Assembly (NCBI RefSeq): GCF_009914755.1
Contig: NC_060928.1
Length of the DNA: 64,000 bases
DNA from: the human T2T-CHM13v2.0 reference genome, Homo sapiens
Direction: 5' to 3' (one strand)
Shown here piece after piece: positions 41,329 through 59,505 of the stretch; positions within the stretch are counted from its first letter, which is position 1, and every line of letters starts with the position of its first letter. The notes under the pieces were generated by a model, which worked only from the letters and a program-made list of their open reading frames with translations, had not been told where the DNA came from and did no database searches. The position numbers and the translations under genes are program-made.

Positions 41329-42893
41329 CCCTACTAGCCTCCCAGTGGACCTCCTTGGTTTCCTGATAACCTCTCACCTCTTTGACATGCATCAGCTGTC
41401 TCTTTGCTGGACCCCCTGTATTCTGGTATCTGCTCTTCTTTACTTCACACATAGCAAACCTCGGCAAGAGACCAACACCCTACTGTTGACACCCTGTCCC
41501 ATCGATAAGACCAAACCCCATGTGCAGAAGCCCTTGTGCTCTGAAAGTGGTGGACATAAAGACTAAACTTCACTATGTTGGACATAATAACTCAAAGAGG
41601 TTTTCTCCTAATGAAATGCAACACTGCTTACTCTTTAATAAAATTAAAATAATAAGCCTTTAGCATTAATAGCAAGCTACTGTGGCTAGGGTGCTATGAA
41701 CTCCCAGATGAAGCAAATCCATGCATAAAAATTTAAAATATATATTACCAATAAAATGCATATACACAATTTTTATTCTGATCTTGATATACCAAATGGA
41801 TACATCCCTGTTAAAATGACTAAATATCTATTTTATTTCCTCATATATTGGAATTGTGTTATTAAAGTAAACCTTTAATAATATGTTGCATATTATAAGA
41901 CTGCTATATACACATTATAAATATTTGGAAAATACATAAAGAAAGAAGGGTGGAAGGGGAGGAGAAAGAAAGGGATGAAGAGGAGTGGGGAGGGTGAAGA
42001 AGAGGGGTAGAAGAAAAAAGGAAGCAGAGAAGGAAGAAAATCCCTTACCCTTAATCTTCCTATCCAGGGACTGAAAATTTTGGTAGCTTTTTAAAATTGA
42101 GAATATGTGTACCCTTTGATTTTTAGTCTGCCTTTTCCCACAAAATATTCTGTGAACATATTTTGGCCAATACATAATCACTGAAATCATGTTTAGTAAC
42201 AGTTGCCGAATATTCCACCTTCATGTAGTGGTAGGCAGGGCATGGGGCTGAATCAGACTGTACTGTGTCTCAGTCCAGGCTTGATCTGTTACTAGCAATA
42301 TCACATTAGACAATTATTATACTGTCCTACCCCTCGAATTCCTCATTTCAAAATAGGGGAACACCAATAACTACTTCAAAGGATTGTTATGAGTATTAAG
42401 TGTGATGTTATAGATAAAATATTTAGCATGGGGCTTGCTGTACAATCATTTACTTAATAAATGTTAACCATTAGGTTTTCCCATTTGCCATAGTTGCCCC
42501 CACCACTCCCGACTAGATAAAGTGTCTGGAAGGCACCAATTGTGTCCTTACATAAGGTCCCAGTGCAACAGAGTTGACACATGATAAACTGTGTTGAATG
42601 AATCAACAAATGAATAAGTGGTTGGCTGGATGACTGTGTTAACTGGCCCTTACCAGTTAAGTGGTCAGTTTTAGACAACAGAGGAAGATCATTAAACATT
42701 TGGAGAGGACTGTCATGTCAGCTTAGGTTTCTTCACAAAACTGAGAGCAACAGGAGACAATATTTTGCCCCTATCCTGTATCCTGTGGTTTGTTCTTCTG
42801 CTCTCTCTACTTTACATCCATGATCTTTCTCCAAAGATGGGCTCCAAAGTCTTTCCTACAGGACCCATTCCTTCTCAGCAGTCCTTTTCTCAC

Positions 42894-43038
42894 TGAGATT
42901 TTATTGGCCATCAACAACACAGCCAATGGGCTGTATGTTTAGTCGAATCGCTATGTCTGCTTGACTGTAATTCTATCATTCTTTGGTCTTTTCCAGATAC
43001 ACATTCCAATGATTTTGGTTTTGCATCATATCCACAGT
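42894..43038 (-). pseudogene. Exon remnant (...NHWNVYLEKTKE**NYSQADIAIRLNIQPIG...)
   Basis: Acceptor agtttatttag|, donor CA|gtgaga. Reading frame is ambiguous. Confidence 0.5.
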
Positions 43039-43109
43039 CTAAATAAACTAGGTTAAAAAAAAGTTGACTGCCTATAATCAGTCATCAAATGGAATGTTCT
43101 CTTGCCTAT

Positions 43110-43378
43110 TTGCTTTCAACCATAAAGTCATATACATTTTTTAAAATCTAAAACAATGTGTGCTTGAATCAGAAGTTTGATGGTTTTGCTCCAGGGTCCA
43201 ATTTTCCTGCATTTTTTTTTAGAATTCATCCAGTTGCAATTCTCTATTTTTTTTGCAGTAATTTCTTTCCTAACATTAAAAACCTTGTATTGAGTATCAT
43301 CAATTAATCATTAAGAATTCTAATAAAAAAATTTAGCTTTAGCTGTAAAAAGTAACAGGGAAAGTTGAGACAATTTAC
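43110..43378 (-). pseudogene. Possible exon remnant (GKLSQLSLLLFTAKA...KIGPWSKTIKLLIQAH)
   Basis: Acceptor catacattttcag| in phase 1. Frameshifted. 3' end uncertain. Confidence 0.4.
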
Positions 43379-43847
43379 CTGAAAATGTATGATTTAAAGA
43401 ATCTATTTGAGGAATTTCATAACAAAAAAGAAACCTTCTATCTAAGTAATCCCTCCTTAGAATAAAACAGAAAACTTTAACAGTCTTTAGTGTTTATATT
43501 TCTGGTTTCTAATATTCTCAGCCATTTAAAAAAAGTTTTCAGAGAACTATTTGATTAAAATTAAAATTCACAACAGAACCTAGTTTATATACTATAAAAC
43601 TCTAAATATATACTTTGCTATGTGAAGAGGTAAATTCTATCTCCAAATGAATTAGGTGATGGAAATATAAAAAAAGAAATAAAAATCTAGACTTTAAAAA
43701 CATTTGATTGAAGCTTCTACAGCCATCAAATATTATTTCTAAATAGCTGATATTTCATTTCAAACAAGTCCATGTTTTATTGCAAACACATTCATCTTCA
43801 TGACTGAAAAAGGTGGCTATAACAAAAGTATTAAATAAAATTTATGT

Positions 43848-44199
<352 letters not shown>

Positions 44200-44355
44200 T
44201 TATGGTGGATAATAGTCAAATATGTGATAAATAGTCAAATCTGAAATTAAACATAGATATCCAGGGTAAAATGTAAACAAAGGTTTTTAATTCATTTTTA
44301 GCTTTACATTTGTATTATCTACCAATGTGAATTATAAAAAGATATGAAAAACCCC

Positions 44356-44845
44356 TACTATAAAGACACATGCCCATGCATGTTTATTGCAGCACTATCC
44401 ACAATAGCAAAGACCTGGAACCAACCCAAATGTCCATCAGTCATAGACTAGATAAAGAAAATGTGGCACATATACACCATGGAATACTATGCAGCCACAA
44501 AAATGATGAGTTCATGTCCTTTGCAGGGACATGGATGAAGCCAGAAACCATCATTCTAAGCAAACAACCCAAGAACAGAAAATCAAACACTGCATGTTCT
44601 CACTCATAAGTGGGAGTTGAACAACAAGAACACATGGACACAGGGAGGGGAACATCACACACTGGGGCCTTTTGCGGGGTCGGGGGCTAGGGAAGGGACA
44701 GTATTAGGAGAAATACCTAATGTAGGTGATAGGTTGATGGGTGCAGCAAACCACCATGGCACGTGTATACCTATGTAACAAAACTGCACGTTCTGCACAT
44801 CTACCCCAGAAGTTAAAGTATAATAATAAAAAAAAGTAAAAAAAA
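44356..44845 (+). mobile_element. 5'-truncated L1PA (mid-age) with TSD aaaaagatat(g/t)aaaaaccc
   Basis: ORF2 end, 3'UTR, poly(A) and TSD. Confidence 0.85.
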
Positions 44846-45520
44846 AAGATATTAAAAACCCAAGGCAAAAAAAATGCTTTGTATCATCTCTGATATCCTG
44901 GTACTGCATGGATGTACATTCGCAGAAGATTCCATGCAGATACTAGCCTAAATTTTCATTTTTTATGACTGCATGGAGGCTTCATTATTCTTTCCATACC
45001 ATTTCAGAAAGCAATTCTGAGCTATTTGTTCACACATTGGAGATAAATAAAATATACTCTTTAAAAAAGGAATGCTTGGAAGCAGAACTCATCAACTAAC
45101 GCTAAATATTAGCTTCTATTTATGTGATAGCAACAGAAACAATTCTTGAAAATAATCAGACTAGTGGTATGCACTATTTAACCCAGTATGGCCTACAATA
45201 AACAATATGCAATATTGCTCTTCTAAAAGATGGGAGAAATTAACACAATACACATAAGTGGGAAAATGCCACCATACTCACTGCAAAAGACATCTGACTT
45301 TTCTCAGAGAAAATTAGTTACAAGCATATCAAAGAAAAATGTCAAATTCTTATCTTTGCTTCCAAGGAAGCCTTGCAAATTTAGACTTACTCTGCCTAAA
45401 GAGCACAGTAGCAACTACACACAAAAAAATTAAGACATAATATACTCATAAAAATATAAGACTTAAAATATCCTCTCTGACTTTGAGTCATTGACAGATT
45501 TAACTTATAGCATATTCTAC

Positions 45521-45659
45521 CGATTCACAAAAGGATCTGAATTAAGTAGGTCCTACCTCAACTGACATAAATAAACTAAATTTCAAAATTGAAGGAATCG
45601 CCTCCCAAAAGTACATCGATTTTAAAATCCATTAAAATATTTCAGGAAAGAGAATAAAT
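45521..45659 (-). pseudogene. Exon remnant (IYSLS*NILMDFKIDVLLGGDSFNFEI*FIYVS*GRTYLIQILL*), with a diverged duplicate at 46929-47035
   Basis: Acceptor ataattatcag|, donor G|gtagaa, phase 0->1 matching the 43378 exon. Confidence 0.5.
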
Positions 45660-46359
45660 CTGATAATTATGAGACACAAAAATTAAAGTAGAAATGTTTT
45701 AAGTACACTAAATACTTTTCCCAAACAACTTGTAACTGAGTTATCTTTTGATTTCATACAGTTTGAAGACTTAGGAGACACACTTTCATACTACAGCAGA
45801 GAAATAACCTTATTAAAACTAAAACAAGGAAATTATATCCATTATGCTCAGGTAACATAAGATGTGGAAGAAACACTATATTCAAATCTGTTTCTTCAAT
45901 GCATGAAATTATTACTCTTCCTTCTGAGTCTTTGCGTAAAATTCTCTTTGTTTTATGTCTGTATTATACATGTCTGTATTATACATGATATAAAGATAAA
46001 CATGCATCTTATATATATCTCTCATATATAGGTATGTATATGTATATATATGTATGTGTATATATATGTATGTCTACACACACACACGCACATACAGTAG
46101 CAAGTCTGAAAGGTCTACATGCATATAAAGCATCTAGAAGGAAAAAATATCACTCATAATCTTACCACTTAGAGGCAGCACCTTTGTTTTTTTTTCCTTT
46201 ACATATACAAGATAGTTTAATACACAATAGTGTTCTCTGAACGCTTTAAGCTTGCAGAATATGAAAATATCCTTATCAAGAGCTTCTGCATAAGATTCCT
46301 AGGCAGGGATTTGTTCTTTTCTTATTGTTGTTTATCACATTATCTTATATTCTTAATTT

Positions 46360-46710
46360 TATAATTTCAACGTGCATTTTAGATTCTGGTAATACATGTG
46401 CAGGTTTGTCACATAGGTATATTGTATTATGCTGAGATTTGGGGTATGAATGATCCTGTCACCCAGGCAATGAGCACCGTACCCAACAGGCAGTCCTCCA
46501 GCCCTTGTCCCCCTCCCTTTCTCCGCCCTCTAGTAGGCCCCAGTGTCCACTGTTCCCATCCTCATGGTCATGTGCACCCAGTGCTTAGCTCCCACTTATA
46601 AGTGAGAATGTGTGGTATTCGGTTTTCTGTTCCTGTGTAAATTTGCTTAGGATGATGGCATCCATGTTGATGCAAAGGACATGATTTTATTCTTTTTTAT
46701 GGCTGAGCAG
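46360..46710 (-). mobile_element. L1PA/L1PB 3' end
   Basis: tacatgtgcaggtttgt...gctcccacttataagtgagaa. Confidence 0.75.
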
Positions 46711-48144
46711 CATCTTTGAACAACATGACATCTAGCCAGTTGATCTTGTTCCTATGCATTGTTTAGATAGATGAGATTCTACTTTGTAGACGATTTTGTA
46801 TTCCTTTTTCAGATGACATAATATTTGTTGTTTAAAGAATCTTTTTAAAGACAATTTTAACAATTTATGAACTTATACTATAAATATGAAATGCGTTTAG
46901 CAACTTTTTTATTTATAGCATATCTTACCTTCTCACAGAAGGATCTGAATTAAGCAGATGTTATCTCAATGATATAAATAAACAAAATTTCAAAGTTGAA
47001 GGAATTCCCTTCCAAAAGGACATGGATATCCAAATTGAGTGAAGCATCCAAGGTTTACTTAATTATCTTCCTTTCTGTTCTTACAGCCATTTAGGTTATG
47101 CCAAAATTTTTCTTTTTGAATAAGCAGATACAGACATAAATATCTTTATGGTAAAGCTACTATTTCCTTATGATACAGTCTCAGAAGTTAAATTAGTAGG
47201 ACAAATTATATGGACCTTTAAAAAAGATTCTTGATAAAAATAAGCAAATTGTTTTTCTGAAACATTGTGCCACCTTACATTTCCAGTAGTCACCTGGGAA
47301 AGGGCTGGATGGGGGTGGACGTTGTTTTATTTTAGCTTTTCAAGAAGGACCAGACAAAACTGGGTCTATCAGTAGGAACCAACTAATTATTTAGAACATA
47401 CTACGCACAAATTATTATGCTAGACTCTCGGGATACAAAAATCCTTTGCAGATTTTACAGATTCTCACAGTTTCATGTGTGTGCCCGTATGTGTGTGTGT
47501 CTGTGCATTTGTATGCAGGTTATGTGTGTGTTGGTGACAGTTGTAGGGTTTATAATTACAAAAGTTATATAACCAGTAGTCAGACCCTTTATTCTAGCCA
47601 AAGGTTTTGGCCTTAGCCTCTCCTGCTTATTAAACTATAAGAACCATTTTGTAATGAATCAACGACAAAAAGTTCTACAAAAAAAAAAAAAAAAAAGGAC
47701 TGATGGCTTCATAAACAGATTTAATGAAAGTTAAAAAACGGCCTCCTAGTTAAACCAAAGCCTTTCAACATTTCTTTATTTTTCCTTTTTACTTTAAAAG
47801 TTCTACTTAATAATCATAAAACATATATTAAACATTTGCTTAACTAATACAGTGCTTGCAACAACCTTATGAATTAAGTGCTACTAATTTTCCCATTTTA
47901 CATCTGACAAAACCAAGGCCACAAAGCTAGTAAATGGCAAAGGTGAGATCTGAACGTCGTGGACTCCGTAAGAAAACGTACACTACTCTGCCTGGTATAT
48001 GACAGGCGCTTGGAAAATCTTAACCATTATTGTCTGTGTATGTTTCCGCTTTGGCCTATAGTTTGTAAATATTATGAGGTCAATGGTTTTGTCTAGAATG
48101 CCTTGAACACCGCTTGGCTTTTCTCCATTACAATAAAGCTAATC

Positions 48145-48325
48145 ACCAGGCATAGTTGTGCATTCCTGTAGTTCCAGCTACTTGGGAAGCTGAGGCAGGA
48201 GGATCACTTGAGCTTAGAAGTTTGAGGTTGTAATGCTCTATGATCACACCTGTAAACAGCCACTGCACTCCAGCCTGGACAGCACAGCACCATCTCTAAC
48301 AACAACAACAACAAAAAATTAAAAA
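48145..48325 (+). mobile_element. FRAM / Alu right monomer with (AAC)n tail
   Basis: Monomer with TSD-like aataaag(c/a)taat. Confidence 0.75.
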
Positions 48326-48547
48326 ATATAAAGATAATTATGTTTACACTGTACTCATATTAAAAACCACAGCAAAATAAAAGACAAAAACAAAATGGTA
48401 ACTTGGTGATGGGCAGAAAAGGGAGGGGAGTAGGTATCACTGAAGGGAGAGGTAGTACCCCTTCAAGCGCTATTTGTTGAATTAAAGGCAAGGCAGAGGG
48501 TTTGACACTACGATGTAGCTTTATAAGCTACACACTGAACAGCCTGA

Positions 48548-48856
<309 letters not shown>

Positions 48857-49465
48857 TGACAATTCTTAAATAAGTTCTAAGCATGCCATAGGGCTTGATG
48901 TCTCCAGATCAGCTTGCTTCTCTACAATCAGCAATTAACCCTTACGTCCTGGGTTACTATCTAAGATTTGGCCACAAACATGCTATCTGTGCGTGAGAGG
49001 CAGGGATAGGGAAGAAAAGTGACAGAGAGAAATGTACAATATGAAGGAATTTTCTGAGATTATTGATTTCTGAATGTTTCTGACTCTACTAAAAAATTTA
49101 TATGAAACTATTAGAAAGAGTTTACAAAATATAGGGAAAAAAATCCTCCTATTTGTAATATATTTCAAGTGTTCTATACCAGGGGTAACTGCTTAGTTAA
49201 CTTAAGAGGTAGCTCCTAATGAAAGGCAAATTTTATTTATTTGTAATTTTTTTTTTTACATTGCGTAGTCTCTGTAAACCTAAGAAAGGCGAATTTTAGA
49301 AGGTAGTAAGATGAGCTGTATATGTGCTAGGAAGAAATTCATTGAAATTCATCGTAATTTTTAAGTTACTGAGTCCAGTCCTTAATAATAATAAATATTT
49401 CTGGTCATGAGGAAAAACTGACCTTGATGTCCTCAAGACCAGTGGGGTATGATATTAACATTCAC

Positions 49466-49867
49466 CTTTCTCGGTCTACTAAATGCCGACTCCCTCCGCT
49501 TGGATGACCTCTGTCTACCCACACACTCATGGAAGGTTCATATGATCCCCCAAATAGAGATGATGTGGAATCAGCATATCTATCTCTATTTTGATGTTGA
49601 AATCAGCTGGAATCCTCTCTCTTTATGCAGTAAAATCAGAAAAGGCTTCTTTCCTGAAGCTGCTCCTGTTGAGGTAACACACTGCAGGCATTCTCTGTGC
49701 ATGGGTGGTTCACATCCCCGGACCTTTCATTCTACTTGTCTTCTAACCCTTCGCCCTCAACACTATTTGATTCATCTGATCCCAGTGTGTTCCATTTGGA
49801 GAGGGATGAATCAGCAAAAACTTCCTCCTCCCACTGTTAAATTCTTTTTCCTTATGACCCTTCCCCT
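49466..49867 (-). pseudogene. Exon remnant encoding an acidic/Ser-rich linker (QWEEEVFADSSLSKWNTLGSDESNSVEGEGLEDK*...SRHLVDRE)
   Basis: Acceptor tgttcttgcatccag|, donor AAG|gtgaat, 402 nt (phase 2->2), five stops in 134 codons. Confidence 0.65.
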
Positions 49868-50499
49868 CTGGATGCAAGAACATTAGAACAGGGTGCAATT
49901 GTTAAAAGCTATCATTTGTTCAGTATATGTGCGAAAAAAAAAAACCATTCCTCAGTAATTTTCACACTATCAATTATACTTTAAATATGAGAAGCATATA
50001 TCTCCATCATCTGTAAGATTAGCTCATTTTTTGCAAGGGTAGCAATGTTTCAACAGGGATGGTGTCAAAAGAGATCATTGTACTGTGAACAAATAAGCAA
50101 ACAGAAATTAGACACTGAAGCCTAATCTTAAAAAATGATGATGCCACCTTATATAATTTTTCAGTGAGTTTACACTTCTAATAACTTTTAAACACAAATA
50201 CAAATCTGTCTTGATATTAAATGAGTTATGTATATCAATAATATACATGTTCTACAATTTTCTAAGCAAAGAGCTATAGTACCTTAGTAAGCATTCTGCT
50301 ATGAAATAAGCTGACGATATTTCTACAAATTTTTTTGCAAAGCATATTTTCCCCAAACACTAAAGATACACAAAAGCACAAAACAAATAATGTAGCCTGT
50401 TTGGTTGACTACTGACGTAAATTAATATAAAGTCTGAATTATTAGTAATATGTACTGAAAATATACCATGTATGTTTTTAAATAACTTCAGATTAATTA

Positions 50500-50836
50500 C
50501 AGTCATGCGTCACTTAACAGGGCTATATTTTGAGAAATGTGTCATTAGTTGACTTTGTTGTTGTGCAAACATCATAAAATGTACTTATACAAACCTAGAT
50601 GGTACAGCCTACTACACTCCTAGACTATGTGGTATGCCGTATTGCTCCTAGACTACCAACCTGTATAACATGTTACTATACTGAATAATGTAGCCAATTA
50701 TAACACAATGTTATCTGTGTATCTAAACACATCTAAATACAGAAAAGGTACAATTAAAATAGGGTATTATAATCTTATGGGACCACTGTCATATATGTGG
50801 TCCATCATTACCAAAATGTTATATGGCACAGGACTG
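50500..50836. mobile_element. Tigger3a/MER7A-like MITE
   Basis: TA|cagtcatgcg...gactg|TA termini and aaacctagatggtacagcctactacac core. Confidence 0.8.
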
Positions 50837-51329
50837 TACTTGCAAATACATCAAGGCATGCCTAATTCAGTTTTTATGTGCAATTGCTTTAAGAATAGAT
50901 AATCTGTTGTTAGAAAACATGTATATAGAGTAATTGAACTTATCTAAAAAACTACCATTTTGCAAGAATGTGAAATCATCCTTAAGCTATTGCTAAGTCA
51001 AATTTTTCTTCAGAGAGAAAGCAGAGAAAGTGCAAATCAGCAGGAAAAGAAGTCCACAAACTCTGGGTTAATAGAGTCCAAACAGATCAGCTTAATTGTA
51101 GCTCCTGCAATGAGTTGCCAGGGTATTCCTTGGACTCATCAAATGAAAGTCTGTGGCTGGATATGCCTACATAGCAGAAACAATCAGCCCAATATGAAAG
51201 AACCAGAGAGTTCTAGGCCAAGCATTTAGTGTCTGTCTTATATGATCAGAGATGGGGTACTTTGATAACATTTAGGGCATATCATCTCCTATTGTTGAGG
51301 AAGAAAAATCTTTGTTCCTAATGATCTAC

Positions 51330-51995
<666 letters not shown>

Positions 51996-52056
51996 TAGCA
52001 CTGATGTTGATCAAACAAGAAAAAAGTAGTTCCCAGGTTATTACTGGTAAATTTTA

Positions 52057-55080
<3,024 letters not shown>

Positions 55081-55325
55081 AATGGAATAAGAAAATTGGG
55101 TAGTATTTCCAGTTTAATTTTTAAGAGCTGAAGACCTCAAATACTTTTGCATTATCAACAAGAAAAAAGGAAATAGGAAGAAAATAAAAACAAGCAGGGA
55201 GGGATTGAGGGAGGGAGCAAAGGAGGAAATTTGTTGCTGGAAAAAACGTGAAACATTTTGGCCTGGAGTGTAATTAATTTAAAATATGGTACAAATCTAA
55301 ATACGTGGTTTCTGAGTGTGATTAC

Positions 55326-55569
55326 ATTCTCCAATGAAAATACAACATCCTATGACTCTTGAAAGGACATATGTTAAGAGGCACTGGGATAATTTTATGG
55401 GTAACAGAGCTACCTACACACTTTTGGGAAGCACAGACAGAATCAAAAGAGATAATGATGGGAGCTCTTATTCCTTCAGAATAAAGGTATTCAGAAAATC
55501 TTGACAGCACTGCATTTGTACAGTCCCAAAGACCAAAAGCTATAATGCCAAGGCTGGCATTGTCAAGTC
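55326..55569 (-). pseudogene. Stop-free exon remnant (GLDNASLGIIAFGLWDCTNAVLSRFSEYLYSEGIRAPIIISF...NICPFKSHRMLYFHWR), phase 1->2
   Basis: ORF track 55322..55579. Acceptor tgttaccag|, donor AT|gtaat, 244 nt with no stop. Confidence 0.75.
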
Positions 55570-55654
55570 CTGGTAACATTTATTTTTTATTCTTTGTGGG
55601 GGAAAAAGAATCAAGTGCAGATGTGAGATTCTGCCATATTTTCAAGCAATTTCT

Positions 55655-55822
55655 AGGGCAGTACTATTTAAACTTAATTGTGCATATCAATCACCCTGGA
55701 AACTTGTTAAAATGCAGATTCTGATGCACTAGGTCTGGGGCCTCAGATTTGCGTGCTAAACAAGATCCCAGAGTGTGGATAATGATCTGCTGCTGCATGA
55801 ACAAACACACTGTGAGCAGCAA
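55655..55822. mobile_element. MER5-like hAT MITE
   Basis: cttgttaaaatgcagattct...aggtctgggg core. Confidence 0.7.
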
Positions 55823-56008
55823 AATTCCAGTGCATGAGCACTGAGGGCCTTTCCACCTACAACCATGCAACAGCATCACACGAACTATTGCAACAGGTTA
55901 AGTGTTTTATATTATGAAAGAGCCAGGTAAAACGAAAGGATGAAATTTTGTGACCACTAACCAATCTTCTACCCACTGACCACTTCTGAAAAACAGAAAC
56001 TGCATTAC

Positions 56009-56211
56009 CATAAACTTTGACTGTGGCTGAAGTTCTTTGCAGAGTTATTATAGGTGGCCATAGGATAGTAGAGACGTACAGAGTACAGAATGATGAAAAA
56101 GATTCTAATGCCCATTGTGTTTTGTGGTTTGGGCATGTGTGTTTTCAGTGGGACAAAAGGAAAAAAGGAAAGGAAGATTCACACATGTATTTAAAATTTA
56201 TCTCATCTTTT
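56009..56211 (-). pseudogene. Exon remnant (KDEINFKYMCESSFPFFLLSH*...TLQRTSATVKVY), phase-1 donor
   Basis: One stop in about 67 codons. Donor G|gtaatg joins the 55569 exon in frame. Acceptor is weak. Confidence 0.5.
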
Positions 56212-58569
56212 CTAGGTTGCTGTTATGGAACATTCTAATTGTATAGTAGCAAGTGATATAAGAGTGTAAACATCCTCACAGCATCAAGTAGTATACAAAA
56301 AGGCAATCACAAATATAATTACATCTTTAAAAACTTTTTGTATAAATATTTGAAAATTGTGAATTATAACATAGACAGGTAGATGTGAAAAGTGCACATT
56401 GAATTTACCATCCCTATGAAAAGTAATTTCAGTTCTCAGTCTTATTTGTACTTGATGCACCACTATAATTTATTAACAGAATAGCATCATATTCAGTCTG
56501 GCTTCTTGAATTAGCTAAATCACCTCCCAGAATCAAAGTCTCAAAACAAAAAAGGCTTCCATATTTAAAAACAATTATTTTATATTCTTTTGAATCACTA
56601 TGCTTTCTACACTGGAAATTCCCACCTCATGCTATATTTGTCAGCTATAGTTTGTCAATGTCATCTACCTTGCTTGATAGGTAAACCATCACTAGAGGAA
56701 GTACCCACACAAGTTCCATTATCTGTGATCCCTCAGGGCATCATATTTAGTCACGGCACCACGGCCTGATCAGCCATCATGTTAATCCCAGCTACATCAG
56801 GTGAGCCAGGGACATGGTACCAAGTAGAAGACAGGAGTAAAAAGGAGCAATGGAAGAAGTGGAAATAGGCTTGGATGAAGGGGAAAGGACTCTTCATGGC
56901 TACAGCCAGTCTTTCATCAGTTTTCTGCGAAGGGTCAAGGAAAATGGCAGTGACTATCCCAGAGATAGGCACACAAGGGGTAAGCCACAGATACCGGGCA
57001 TTATCTCCTTTGCTTTCTTCCTAACCCATGTTTCCAATCCAAAACAAAGGTTTCAGCACAGGCCTCATCCCCAGAGTAAAATATCACAGATCAACTCTTA
57101 TCTGCTTTCTGAGATCCCTGTGCCTCAGTATTTAAATTTTTATAGTGGCAATAATCTCCCCGCTTCCATTTCATGGGGGATGCAAAATAAAATGAGATAG
57201 TAACACAGGCGAAGAGGACTCTGGAAAGAGGAAGGACTATGTCATTCGCTATTACTTACTACTCACAATACTTATTATTACTGCTCTTCAAATTTATTTC
57301 CTGAATTGCTACACTGACCTAAGGTGGCCAGCAATTAATACAATATCAAGCTCGGGGGGGGGAAGTCTAGGGAAAAATGGCAGGCGAGTATAATTTTAAA
57401 ATTTAAATTCAATGTAATTCCTGTTTTTATGTCTGACCAGCTGGGCTTGGTCATCTCTACAATCCTAGCTATAAGGAAGGGTGGAGATGACAGAAAATTA
57501 AGTCTTACCTAAAACGCAAGGGATAAAGATAACTGTCCAGGTAGAGAGGGAAGGAAAAGGGTCTGGGGAATGGACTGGGGAGCGGGGAGTGGAGCCAGAT
57601 GTTGCATTCAGTTCAGAGGGCTGCAGCATGAGGTGGGGAAGCCAAGCAAGGGGGTGATTCCTGAGGTAGAGGACTGTTCCTGAGACTCCCCCATCCTGGA
57701 CTTCTGGGCCAGCAGAAGAATTTGGTAGTTTGAAGGCAATGGAGGAAGGTATAACCAATATATATGGACCATGGTAGAATTTAATGTAATTATGAATCTT
57801 GAACTTTTGAGAGCAGATTCTTTTAAAAAATATATAATGAATAAAATCTTTCAGTCACAGAAGTGGCTGATATTAAGCAATATCCTGCGAGCAGAGAATC
57901 AAGTTTCAGTGCCATGCAATTCACAACCACAATGATGGACACACAAGTCTGGCCCTGTTGGTTGTGTAGCATTACCACGGAGTGTTAATAAGACAGGACA
58001 GATGTGCCTGGCCACTAGATAAAGGGGAATTCTGACCACAGTCAGAATGGGAAAGAGTGATTCCAGAATTCTTCTTGACAGAAAGCTTGATGCCTGTTTC
58101 AGTCTGGGTCATAACTAAAAATAGAAACCACAATAATACTTCAAACAAAGAAAATTGGTTCACAAGAAAAAAACTGAAAAACCAAACAGAGGAGATGAAG
58201 GCAACCTAGGGATTAGCATCAGTAGGAGGTTCTACCACCCCTAGAGGACTAGAGTAATAAAAGGAAGGGGTATGGTACTAAAGCCCAGAGGCTAGGACTG
58301 GTCTGTGGGATCTAGACCAAAAAAGGCAGGCATAACCACTCCAGAGATGCCACCCAAAGCAGGATACAGCTCTCAGGCTTCTCCTCTACCACTGTGTTGC
58401 ATCAGTGCCTCTCATTGCCAAACCTTCCCAGAAATCAGCTGGCAAGAGGGACTGTAATGCTGTTTGTGATACAAGAAAAGGGCAAGCGACGGATCTGAGA
58501 GCAAACTAGCATATGATGGCAACCAAGACTCTAGCCATTAGGGTTATCCAGTTAACCTCTTGCACTGAC

Positions 58570-58766
58570 CTTGCACACCAAACCACCTTCTAAATACCAT
58601 GTGAATGGAAACTACTCCCTAACCAGCACATTACATATTCTATTTCCCTTGGGAGCTACATTTCTGACTATAAATTAATAAAGTGGAACTCTTTTGTCTT
58701 AAATATACTGTCCCGTGAGTTTTGTTAGTGTGATTCAATCTCCTTCAATGCAATCAAGATCTTGGT
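58570..58766 (-). pseudogene. Possible exon remnant (TKILIALKEIESH*QNSRDSIFKTKEFHF...)
   Basis: Acceptor ttcagttcctcag|, donor AAG|gtcagt, several stops. Confidence 0.4.
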
Positions 58767-58833
58767 CTGAGGAACTGAATATAGACCAAAGTCACCCAAC
58801 TAAGGGAAGCCGGTTTCAGAGCTGACTCTAGAG

Positions 58834-59057
58834 CAGGGAGGAATGGGCAAGTGTTTTTTTAAGAATCAGAAGATATGTATTTTAGGCTTCATGGACCATA
58901 TTATCTGTTGCAACTATTCAACTCTGCACTGTAATGCGAAAGCAGCTATAGGTGATACTTAAACAAATGGGTGTGGCTGTGTTCCAGTAAAACGTTATTC
59001 ACAAAAACAGCCAGATTTGGTCCTCAGGCAGGTAGGTCCATACTTTGCTGACCCTTG
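58834..59057. mobile_element. MER58A-like hAT MITE
   Basis: gcaactattcaactctgc...ggctgtgttccagtaaaac...tttgctgaccc. Confidence 0.75.
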
Positions 59058-59169
59058 GTCTACACCAAAGTTGGCCAATTAAGGAAAGCCTATCTGGAAG
59101 TAACTTTCAAAATGTAGCAATAGTAGTTAAAAATTTGAGGGTAGCACTGATATCCATTGTTATGTTTAC

Positions 59170-59352
59170 TAATTAGAATTATAGCCTCTAATCCCAGTCT
59201 ATTAATCAAAATTCAGAATATTGCTATATTTTCCCCTGAATTATTTATCATAAATTACTTAGAAAATCTCTCTAGTTTCTTTTCTTTTAACACAATTTTT
59301 ATATTCACTGCAGCTTCTGAAATACTGTTTTTCTACATCATTTGAGTTGCAG
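59170..59352 (-). pseudogene. Possible exon remnant (CNSNDVEKQYFRSCSEYKNCVKRKETREIF*...)
   Basis: Acceptor cagttttaattag| in phase 2 matches the 60281 donor. Several stops in the 3' half. Confidence 0.4.
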
Positions 59353-59505
59353 CTAATTAAAACTGAAATAGGACTTAAATTTTTTCCATTTAGCTTCTCA
59401 AAATATTTCCATTTCTTGTACTTACTAAAATTGCTGTGTCATTCTTTATTAATTTTTCTTAAGTGAGGTTTGCTGGGAAAATCTCTAGCAGAAGATAATT
59501 TTCTC

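Noticed and set aside
45521-47035. Purifying selection between the duplicated exon copies
   Set aside because: Hand count of about 4 synonymous to 16 non-synonymous changes is compatible with neutrality.
49449-49886. 145-aa plus-strand ORF
   Set aside because: Antisense shadow of the minus-strand exon remnant; the splice sites support the minus strand.
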